64,000 nt of DNA from NCBI GenBank assembly GCA_021787535.1, contig JAJYLR010000001.1, positions 211,648 through 275,647 on the forward strand. The letters run 5' to 3'. This document shows positions 26,582 through 34,167 of the stretch, piece by piece. The notes under the pieces are model-generated. The model did no database searches, was not told where the DNA came from, and saw only the letters and a list, made by a program, of their open reading frames with translations. Every line of letters begins with the position of its first letter. The stretch's first letter is position 1. The translations under genes and the position numbers were made by a program. The stretch is from a bacterium (GTDB taxonomy: Bacteria; Patescibacteriota; CPR2; UBA1875; JAJYID01).

Positions 26582-27061
26582 ATGCGAGATGACACTTGGC
26601 TTTTTCAAAAGTTAGACGAGATATGGGACGGGCATTTTTCGGATATCCCCCAGCATAATGATGTCATCATTAAGTTTGGTCGAAAAGCCAGGCAAAGACT
26701 TGGCTCGATTAAGCAAGAAACGAAAAGCATTCGAGATTTGGCCAACAAAAACCGCAAAACAATCATCACCATTAACGGCCTTTTTAAAGACCCGAACGTT
26801 CCGGAATACGTGATTACAGCCACGATTGCTCATGAAATGTGCCATTATGCTCATGGGTTTAGTTCACCGCTTGACCAGAGATTTGAAAATCCGCATCAGG
26901 GAGGAATTGTAACAAAAGAAATGAAAGTTCGAGGGTTTGCCAAGGCATTACAATTGCAGAAAAAATGGCTGAAAGAAGTCTGGCCGAGGTATTTGGAAGA
27001 AAACATGCCGGCGAGGCAGACCCGACAGAGGAGGAAGAGAATAGTGATTAGGTGGATCTAA
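26582..27061 (+). CDS. SprT-like HExxH metalloprotease domain protein
   Basis: IAHEMCHYAHG...PHQG. Confidence 0.65.
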   Translation: MRDDTWLFQKLDEIWDGHFSDIPQHNDVIIKFGRKARQRLGSIKQETKSIRDLANKNRKTIITINGLFKDPNVPEYVITATIAHEMCHYAHGFSSPLDQRFENPHQGGIVTKEMKVRGFAKALQLQKKWLKEVWPRYLEENMPARQTRQRRKRIVIRWI

Positions 27062-27067
27062 AGTTTC

Positions 27068-27122
27068 TGTCATCCTGAACGTAGTGAAGGATCTAGAGAT
27101 TCTTCGTTTCACTCAGAATGAC
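27068..27122. repeat. TGTCAT...ATGAC palindromic element (dimer)
   Basis: tgtcatcctgaacgtagtgaaggatct-agagattcttcgtttcactcagaatgac. Confidence 0.8.
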
Positions 27123-27135
27123 GGGTTGTTGAGAA

Positions 27136-27735
27136 ATGAACAATATAAAAATCAAAAGAATTATTAACGGAGCTGAAGAAGCGAACTGCTACCTGGTTGT
27201 CGCAGGTAATGAGCTTGTTGTTATTGACCCCGGCGATGAATCTGAGGAAATTATCCAAAAAATTGATGAGTTGGGTAAAATGAACTATAAATATATTCTT
27301 TTAACCCATGGGCACTTTGACCATGTGATGGCGGTCAATGATCTCAAAAAGAAATTTGGTTTTCAAGTGGTTATCGGCAAATACGATAAAGATATCAAAG
27401 GATTAAATGCCAAGTTTAACGTAGACGTACCGCAAACTGAGGTAGATATCACGGTTAGTGAAGGTGATGCATTGGACTTTGGAAATGAAAAAATAAAAGT
27501 TTTATCAACTCCCGGTCATACTAAGGGCAGTGTCTGTTACCTGATAGGCGATAATCTCTTTTCCGGCGACACCCTTTTCCCGCATCGGCACGGCCGGACA
27601 GACTTCGCGACCGGCAATCCGGAAGAGATGGATAAAAGCCTCAAAAGATTATTTGATTTACCTGGAAAAACAAAGGTATTCCCGGGGCATTATGAGGAAA
27701 CGACCTTAGGCGAGGCAAGAAAATATTTTAATTGA
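27136..27735 (+). CDS. MBL-fold metallo-hydrolase (glyoxalase II-like)
   Basis: THGHFDH, TPGHT, SGDTLF, PGH. Confidence 0.92.
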   Translation: MNNIKIKRIINGAEEANCYLVVAGNELVVIDPGDESEEIIQKIDELGKMNYKYILLTHGHFDHVMAVNDLKKKFGFQVVIGKYDKDIKGLNAKFNVDVPQTEVDITVSEGDALDFGNEKIKVLSTPGHTKGSVCYLIGDNLFSGDTLFPHRHGRTDFATGNPEEMDKSLKRLFDLPGKTKVFPGHYEETTLGEARKYFN

Positions 27736-27743
27736 GGTGATAT

Positions 27744-28010
27744 ATGCCGGTCAAGGGCAAAAAGATTAAAATTTTCAAAATATCAATTCACTGCAAGGTT
27801 TGTGACCAGCTTTTATATGTTTATCAGAAAGAAGGCCCGGGCTCGCTTGTGAAGTGTTACGTGGATAGAATTATAGAAGACCATACGAATGGGGACTTGA
27901 AATGCCCGTCTTGCGGACAGCCTTTTGCCCGAGAGACAATCATGCATTGTCGGCCGGTTCACAAAATTATTCAAGGCAAAGTTTACATAAAAGGACATGT
28001 GAAAAAGTGA
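27744..28010 (+). CDS. Small Zn-binding protein
   Basis: CKVC...CPSC; GAGGTG SD. Confidence 0.7.
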   Translation: MPVKGKKIKIFKISIHCKVCDQLLYVYQKEGPGSLVKCYVDRIIEDHTNGDLKCPSCGQPFARETIMHCRPVHKIIQGKVYIKGHVKK

Positions 28011-28046
28011 TGAAAAAATGTTGATTTTGAGGTATAATGAATTATT

Positions 28047-28673
28047 ATGAAGGTACTGATAATTTCACCACATCCGGATGACCTTGAGCTTTGGGCAGGA
28101 GGAACTGCCGCAAAACTGGTTAGCGAAGGATATCAAGTTCGGTCTATCATTCTTACCGATGGTCGTAAGAGCCCGCGTTCTTTTCAGTGTAGTGACGATG
28201 AAATGGCCAAAATTAGGAAAAAAGAAGGCACGCAAGCTCATCAGGTGTTAGGAATCAAAGATTTTGAATACTTTGGATTGCCAAATATCAAAAACGAAAA
28301 ACTTGTGGAAGATATCTTAAGAAAAGAGCTCGAAAAAGAATATGATGAGATCTATATGCCAGATCCGGGAGATGCGCATAGTACTCATGTTAAGGTTGCA
28401 GAAATGACCCTGGCATTGGCAAGAGTAATGAACATTAAAAGTGCTTTATGGTCATATGACGGGTGGAACTTTCTGCATAACCCGGATAAGTTTGTAGAAA
28501 TTGAAGATTTTCTGCCGGTTAAAGTTAAGGCGATAAAATGCCATAAATCACAAAATACAGATAAAAAATACTGGGAAGCGATGGAGAAATTTGCTAGGGT
28601 TCGGGCAATACTTATGGACCCCCATGAAATTACTGATGTAAAATATGCTGAGGCTTTTAAGAAACTCAATTAA
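28047..28673 (+). CDS. PIG-L/LmbE family deacetylase
   Basis: SPHPDD, DAHSTH, HKSQ, YAEAF. Confidence 0.9.
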   Translation: MKVLIISPHPDDLELWAGGTAAKLVSEGYQVRSIILTDGRKSPRSFQCSDDEMAKIRKKEGTQAHQVLGIKDFEYFGLPNIKNEKLVEDILRKELEKEYDEIYMPDPGDAHSTHVKVAEMTLALARVMNIKSALWSYDGWNFLHNPDKFVEIEDFLPVKVKAIKCHKSQNTDKKYWEAMEKFARVRAILMDPHEITDVKYAEAFKKLN

Positions 28674-28677
28674 TTAT

Positions 28678-28754
28678 CGGGGTGTGGCGCAGTTGGCTAG
28701 CGCGCAGCGTTCGGGACGCTGAGGTCGGAAGTTCGAGTCTTCTCACCCCGACCA
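28678..28754 (+). tRNA. tRNA-Pro(CGG)
   Basis: cggggtg/caccccg acceptor stem, cagcg-ttCGGga-cgctg anticodon arm, GTTCGA, encoded CCA. Confidence 0.96.
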
Positions 28755-28766
28755 AACTAAACTTTT

Positions 28767-29540
28767 TCAGTCCCACATCTTGTAGTACGGGTGGAAAATC
28801 CTCCAGCCGTTTTGTTTTGCTAGTTCTTCTTGTATATATTTTGTTTCAATTTCCTTGGGATGGGCATTTAAAGGTTTAGGGACATTCTGAAACCAAAGTA
28901 CCCCGAAGTCTTTCTTAAAAAATTTTAGTCCGAAAATCTTAGCATAAGTTGGATCTTTATATTCTAGCATCCCGATTTCTCTATTCTGGACAGTAAGAAA
29001 TTTCTCTAAGAAAATTTTTGGTAGAACTTCTAGTATATATAAACAGCACATCAATTGTTCGCCGTAATTATATTGATCTTTAATATATTTTTTGAAATTC
29101 AAATAATTTTTTCTGTGATTATACTCTGGGCTGGTCCAAGACCATCTAGACTCAATCTCTTCATTCAGCCGTCTTAAACCCGAAAAATAAATTTGATCCT
29201 TCCCTAGGCCTTGAAAAAGTTTTAGCAGACTATCTAGAACAAGCATATCCCATTGAATAACCACAATAGAGTCCCACTCCAGAGACATTCCTCTCTTGTT
29301 AAACCATTCCAGTATTGAAAGGTCACCATGGATCCATTTTCGCTTCTCGTCCTTACTTTTTGTAGTAAAAAAATCATCTAAGTACTTACCTAGTTTCTCT
29401 CGATAAAAAACCTCTTCTTGGTATTTACCGCCATAAAGGCCGAAAATTTTGAGATTGGGGTTATGTTTTTTCAATAGCTGGAGTCGGTTTTCACAAATCT
29501 CCGGTTCTTTGTAGAACCAAAATAAAATTGCTAATTTCAT
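28767..29540 (-). CDS. Hypothetical protein, possibly glycosyltransferase-like
   Basis: AT-rich; VVIQWDM DxD-like segment, C-terminal FHP; ATG 29540 preferred. Confidence 0.5.
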   Translation of the reverse strand: MKLAILFWFYKEPEICENRLQLLKKHNPNLKIFGLYGGKYQEEVFYREKLGKYLDDFFTTKSKDEKRKWIHGDLSILEWFNKRGMSLEWDSIVVIQWDMLVLDSLLKLFQGLGKDQIYFSGLRRLNEEIESRWSWTSPEYNHRKNYLNFKKYIKDQYNYGEQLMCCLYILEVLPKIFLEKFLTVQNREIGMLEYKDPTYAKIFGLKFFKKDFGVLWFQNVPKPLNAHPKEIETKYIQEELAKQNGWRIFHPYYKMWD

Positions 29541-29624
29541 GCTTGGAATGTTAACACAAAAAAGTGCTTTCAAAAACTGGTTTGTCTACTTGTTTACATT
29601 TTTTAATTACTTTATTATTAGGCC

Positions 29625-30662
29625 ATGGATCAGAATGTTGTTTTAATTTTGGCAGGGCTTATTATCGCCGGCTTTGTGGCGGTAGTTATTTTCATTAACA
29701 AGAAATTGGAAGCGATGAAGGGCAAAGAAGACAACTCGTCGCTCTTAATGCTCAACCAAAATCTGCAGGGCATGCAGGAGCGGCTGGACAAAACGACCGA
29801 AGCTATCCAAGATCAGTTTAAGTCCAGCGCCGGCATCATCCGTGATGTAACCGAAAAGCTGACCAAGCTTGAGGATACAAACAAGCAAATTGTCGGCATC
29901 ACCGATCAGCTTCAAGGGCTCGAAAATGTTCTGAAAAATCCCAAGCAGCGCGGCATCCTTGGCGAGTATTATCTGGAAACATTGCTCAAAAATTTGTTCC
30001 AACCGAACCAGTATCAGATGCAGTATTCCTTTAAAGACGGCGACATCGTAGATGCGGTTATAAAAATCAAGGACAAAATTATCCCGATCGATTCGAAATT
30101 TTCACTTGAAAACTACAACAAGATATTGAAAGAAAAGGACGAAACCAAAAGGGCTCAACTTGAAAAGCTATTTAAGCAAGATCTCAAAAACAGGATTGAT
30201 GAGACCTCAAAATATATCAAACCAAAGGAAGGGACTTTTGACTTTGCCTTTATGTTCATCCCGTCCGAAGGCATTTACTACGACCTTTTGGTTAATCAGG
30301 TAGGGGCGCTTAAAGTTAATACTCGTGACTTAATTGAATACGCATTCAAAGAGAAAAAGGTCATTATCGTTTCACCAACTTCATTTGCCGCTTACCTGCA
30401 AACTGTCCTTCAAGGACTTCGGGCGCTTACTATTGAGGAGTCAATCAAAGACATTGTGGCAAATATCCATAAACTCGGCAATCACCTGAGCTCTTATGAA
30501 ACCTACATGCAGAAAATGGGTTCAAATCTGGGGACGACCGTTGGGATGTACAACAAAGCTTACAAAGAGTTTGGCAAAATTGATAAGGATGTGACTAAAA
30601 TCACCGGCAAATCCATAGATGCGGAAGTGCTGGAGCTGGACAAGCCTCGAGAGAATGATTAA
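29625..30662 (+). CDS. rmuC: DNA recombination protein RmuC
   Basis: N-terminal TM, coiled coil, KQRGILGE, PIDSKF, DFAFMFIPSEG, VSPT. Confidence 0.93.
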   Translation: MDQNVVLILAGLIIAGFVAVVIFINKKLEAMKGKEDNSSLLMLNQNLQGMQERLDKTTEAIQDQFKSSAGIIRDVTEKLTKLEDTNKQIVGITDQLQGLENVLKNPKQRGILGEYYLETLLKNLFQPNQYQMQYSFKDGDIVDAVIKIKDKIIPIDSKFSLENYNKILKEKDETKRAQLEKLFKQDLKNRIDETSKYIKPKEGTFDFAFMFIPSEGIYYDLLVNQVGALKVNTRDLIEYAFKEKKVIIVSPTSFAAYLQTVLQGLRALTIEESIKDIVANIHKLGNHLSSYETYMQKMGSNLGTTVGMYNKAYKEFGKIDKDVTKITGKSIDAEVLELDKPREND

Positions 30663-30696
30663 TTAATAATAAAATTATAAAAATAAGGAGGAAGAA

Positions 30697-30834
30697 ATGC
30701 CACAATGCAGCGAGTGCTCTCATTATGAAGAGATTGACGAAACCAAGGGAGATTGCTTTGGCCACGAGGTAGCTGCCGACCGCGACAGTGAAGAGTGCCC
30801 AACTCAAGCCTTCGAACCGAGAGAAAACGAATAG
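30697..30834 (+). CDS. Small Cys4 protein (45 aa), absent from the ORF track
   Basis: AAGGAGG SD; MPQCSECSHYEEIDETKGDCFGHEVAADRDSEECPTQAFEPRENE. Confidence 0.7.
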   Translation: MPQCSECSHYEEIDETKGDCFGHEVAADRDSEECPTQAFEPRENE

Positions 30835-30891
30835 CTGCTTAAGCAACCGAGCCATAAGGTGAAGTTGAATTTGAGGCCGTGCTTAATTATT

Positions 30892-30914
30892 GATTCTGGC
30901 CAAGCCAGAATGAC
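30892..30914. repeat. Palindromic half-element
   Basis: gattctggccaagccagaatgac; same subtype as 23271 and 61144. Confidence 0.75.
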
Positions 30915-30961
30915 GAGGATTAAGTCTGGTTTCGGATATCCGATTTCCGACTCCGAACTAT

Positions 30962-30989
30962 TTGACAAATCCTTATCTTGTGCTAAAAT
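30962..30989 (+). promoter_or_regulatory. Sigma70 promoter
   Basis: TTGACA-16 nt-TAAAAT with extended TG. Confidence 0.7.
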
Positions 30990-30995
30990 ATTGGC

Positions 30996-31080
30996 ATAAA
31001 CACTTTGAAAGTTTTAGCAGAGTAGGTATTGGATCATAAGCAACCCCCTTGCTTGTGATCCTGTATTTACCCTGCTTTTT
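30996..31080 (+). ncRNA. Candidate small hairpin RNA
   Basis: 28-bp stem with 4 G-U pairs, CCCCC loop, T-tract; own promoter; no ATG. Confidence 0.5.
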
Positions 31081-31179
31081 AAATTGCACAATCAATTGCT
31101 GTATGTTATGATTCTTTTGGAAATGTTAAGGAGGGGCACATGTTTGTGGTCCTTTTCAATTTTGCACCGGGAGGTAAGC

Positions 31180-31581
31180 ATGGACTTCATGGCAATAATA
31201 ACACTTAGGGTTCGTGACGCGGCAAAGGTTCTGCCAGATAATATATTGGATGAACTCGAATCTGCTGCGGACTATGCGCCCATATATTACGAGGGAACAA
31301 AAATTATCAAAGTCACTTATTCCGGAAGTTCAGGAGGTGATTTTGGGTATACGGTGTATCAGGTGGTCATAGAAGATAATAACGCCGATCTGCCTTCCTG
31401 GCTTGAGGGCATTGACTATACGGTGAACCTCAAGAGCGTAAGTGTTGGTTCCAATCTGGGCCTGAGTTTGTCTATGGATAGTCAGAATAATGAGATTTCA
31501 TTCGCGGCATGGGGTTCAGATCTGAAGATGACTCAAGTTGCTTTCCGGTTCTTTGAATCATTGGTAGCCAGTCAAACCTAA
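31180..31581 (+). CDS. Hypothetical protein
   Basis: GGGAGGT SD; TTGCAC-17-TATGAT promoter at 31084-31112; hairpin terminator near 31590-31645. Confidence 0.65.
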   Translation: MDFMAIITLRVRDAAKVLPDNILDELESAADYAPIYYEGTKIIKVTYSGSSGGDFGYTVYQVVIEDNNADLPSWLEGIDYTVNLKSVSVGSNLGLSLSMDSQNNEISFAAWGSDLKMTQVAFRFFESLVASQT

Positions 31582-31661
31582 CTCGCCAAGAGAAACCTGT
31601 TCCGCACATGCGAAACCCGGGTTTCCGGGGCGGGTTTTCTCTTTGTTAGAAATTCAAATTA

Positions 31662-31688
31662 TAGATTCCCGTCTTCGCGGGAATGACA
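31662..31688. repeat. Palindromic half-element
   Basis: tagattcccgtcttcgcgggaatgaca. Confidence 0.85.
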
Positions 31689-31733
31689 AAAGGTAATTAT
31701 CAAGGGACGGACCCTTGGTAAAGGCCGTATCCT

Positions 31734-32273
31734 TTAGTAGATATATTCGCGCGCTCTTAATATCAATACGCAACTTGCCGCATGAGTTATTTCAGAATTT
31801 TCCATCATTTGGAGAACCTTTTTAAATGGCATTTTTATAATCCTTATTGACTCACTATCATCGGGATTTGACCCGGTTCTCTCCAAATTTCTTGCGAGAA
31901 ACAAGTAATTTTTAGAGTTTATAGCCGATGTGAAGGGGTCTATAAATCCCAAATCTACCCATTTGTCTGCTTGAATCCCAATCTCTTCCTTTAACTCGCG
32001 CCTCGCAGCTTCAAGAGGGGTTTCGTTTTCTTCTATCCCGCCGCTTACAACCTCGACGGAGAATCTTTCGATGGCGTGTTTGTATTCTTCGATTAGATAG
32101 ACTTCATTGTCATCGTCTATTGCCAGAACTGAGGAGCCTGGTTTCATTTCGACTTTCGTAAAATCTTTTTCAAGCCCGCTCTCAAAAACTATTTTGTCAC
32201 TTTGAAGAGATAGTAGGGAATTTTTATAAATTATCTCGTTAGCTTTTATTTTATAAGGCGGTTTTTTAGTCAT
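31734..32273 (-). CDS. NUDIX hydrolase (ADP-ribose pyrophosphatase-like)
   Basis: GGIEENETPLEAARRELKEEIG; ATG 32273 preferred. Confidence 0.9.
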   Translation of the reverse strand: MTKKPPYKIKANEIIYKNSLLSLQSDKIVFESGLEKDFTKVEMKPGSSVLAIDDDNEVYLIEEYKHAIERFSVEVVSGGIEENETPLEAARRELKEEIGIQADKWVDLGFIDPFTSAINSKNYLFLARNLERTGSNPDDSESIRIIKMPFKKVLQMMENSEITHAASCVLILRAREYIY

Positions 32274-32367
32274 GAACAAACTTTATCATAGATGTTGCAA
32301 ATTCTACATAATTTCTTATTGTCGTGCTTTGCAAAAATGCTTATAATTGAATGTAGAAATTATTATA

Positions 32368-32441
32368 TAGATTCCCGCCTGCGCGGGAATGACAAAGGAT
32401 GGCGGGAATGACCCACGCACCGTTAGATGTGCGGGGCAAGC
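32368..32441. repeat. Palindromic half-element, duplicated tail and CCACGCAC...GTGCGGGG hairpin
   Basis: tagattcccgcctgcgcgggaatgaca-aaggat-ggcgggaatgac-ccacgcaccgttagatgtgcggggcaagc. Confidence 0.8.
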
Positions 32442-32456
32442 AAGGAGTAGGATTTT

Positions 32457-32825
32457 ATGGCCTGGAAAAAATACATAAACGGGATGTTTTTTGGGGTACT
32501 TGGTCTTTCGCTTGCGCTTGTTCTGCTTGTTAACTTTGCCAGTCCGAGTATGGGTGCGATCACTTATGGCTCTTTCTTTATCCTCTTATTCTTGCTTTTG
32601 GTTTGTCTGGCGACCATACTGGGATTTTACGCTAGGCGGCGGCTGTCAAATAATGAAGTGCTCTATAAAAATCTGAAAAATGCATTTAGACAAGGTACGC
32701 TTATCGCATTATACTTAACTGTACTTTCGATCCTGAGGGCAGCCGAATTACTGAACTGGTGGGACGCAGCGCTCTTAATCGTTAGCGTCATATCATTCGA
32801 TATGTTTTTCAAGGAAAAAATGTAA
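32457..32825 (+). CDS. Small multi-pass membrane protein
   Basis: About four hydrophobic helices; AAGGAG SD; stop overlaps pheS start. Confidence 0.75.
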   Translation: MAWKKYINGMFFGVLGLSLALVLLVNFASPSMGAITYGSFFILLFLLLVCLATILGFYARRRLSNNEVLYKNLKNAFRQGTLIALYLTVLSILRAAELLNWWDAALLIVSVISFDMFFKEKM

Positions 32826-33850
32826 TGGAAATCGAAGTTATAAAAAAACAATTTAAAAAAGATCTTGAAAAAGCGGAATCAAAGAAAGATCTAGAAAACC
32901 TCAGGGTTGGTTATTTGGGCAGAAAAGGCAAGCTGACCGATGTACTAAAAAATATTTCCAAACTTCCGGTTGAGAAGAGAAAAGCAACCGGGCAAAGCGC
33001 CAATGCCTTAAAACTCGAGATTGAAAAGGTATTGAACCAAGAGATTAATGAACTTGCATCTAAGTCAAGAAAAAAACCGATTGATATTTCTGAACCGGGG
33101 GTGAAGTATCCGGATGGGCATATGCATCCTTTGACTCAATTCATCAGAAAGTCTATCGATATTTTTCAGTCGGTCGGCTTCCAAGTGGCTGAAGCGCCGG
33201 AGGTTGATATTGCCTATTATAATTTTGATTCTTTAAACGTGCCGAAAGACCATCCGGCTCGCGACTCTTTCGATACTTTTTATATTGAAGACGGCAGAGA
33301 TATTTCTGATGACAAAAAACTTCTTCTCAGGACTCATACCACTAATGCCGATGTGAGGTTTATGGAAAAAAGAAAACCGCCTGTCAGGATTATTATTCCG
33401 GGAAAATGTTACAGGCATGATACTATTGATGCCTCTCACGAAGCGACATTCTATCAGATGGACGGCTTATGCATCGGCGAAGGGATAAGGGTGACTGATC
33501 TTTTGGGTACGCTTAGGTATTTTGCAAAAAGCATTTTCGGGAGCGACGTGGATACGCGCGCCAGACCCCACTTTTATCCTTTTACTGAACCGAGTATTGA
33601 TCTTGATATTAGCTGCGTGCTTTGCAAGGGAAAGGGTTGTCCGGTTTGCAAACATTCAGGATGGCTGGAAGTGATGCCTTGCGGCATGATACATCCGAAA
33701 GTGCTCAAAAATATGGGTGTTGATCCGACAAAATATAGCGGTTACGCATTCGGATTTGGTATTGAAAGGTTAATGATGCTTTACTACGGCATCAATGATA
33801 TTCGACTTGGTTATACGAGTGATTTAAGATTTTTGGAGCAATTTTCATGA
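32825..33850 (+). CDS. pheS: Phenylalanine--tRNA ligase alpha subunit
   Basis: HPARDSFDTFY, LLRTHT, YPFTEPS, AFGFGIERL; CxxC-GCxxC insert. Confidence 0.97.
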   Translation: MEIEVIKKQFKKDLEKAESKKDLENLRVGYLGRKGKLTDVLKNISKLPVEKRKATGQSANALKLEIEKVLNQEINELASKSRKKPIDISEPGVKYPDGHMHPLTQFIRKSIDIFQSVGFQVAEAPEVDIAYYNFDSLNVPKDHPARDSFDTFYIEDGRDISDDKKLLLRTHTTNADVRFMEKRKPPVRIIIPGKCYRHDTIDASHEATFYQMDGLCIGEGIRVTDLLGTLRYFAKSIFGSDVDTRARPHFYPFTEPSIDLDISCVLCKGKGCPVCKHSGWLEVMPCGMIHPKVLKNMGVDPTKYSGYAFGFGIERLMMLYYGINDIRLGYTSDLRFLEQFS

Positions 33851-34167
33851 ATGAGATAGGTATGACAGATGAATACGATGAGGAGATGATAGAAAGTTTT
33901 CAAGAGGAAATGGCTGAAAAAATTCATTTAGGTGGAAGTGAGGACTTGAAATATATAGATGCCAAGCAACTTGGGAAAAATGAGATGCAAGCTTTCGGGT
34001 TATTGGAAAGACTAGACGATGGGCAGATTACCCTAGAAATGTTTCGGGACGAGATTAGTAGATATGAGGAAATTATTCAGATGAAAGAAGAGCGATTAGA
34101 AAGTCTTATACATTATTTTGCTTGGCTTAGAAATCAAGCCATGAAAAGTTTGGAGAAAAAACAATGA
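33847..34167 (+). CDS. Hypothetical acidic protein between pheS and pheT
   Basis: ATGA overlaps with both neighbours; AT-rich. Confidence 0.7.
   Translation: MNEIGMTDEYDEEMIESFQEEMAEKIHLGGSEDLKYIDAKQLGKNEMQAFGLLERLDDGQITLEMFRDEISRYEEIIQMKEERLESLIHYFAWLRNQAMKSLEKKQ

Noticed and set aside
28682-28879. 65-aa ORF
   Set aside because: Overlaps tRNA-Pro and the convergent gene
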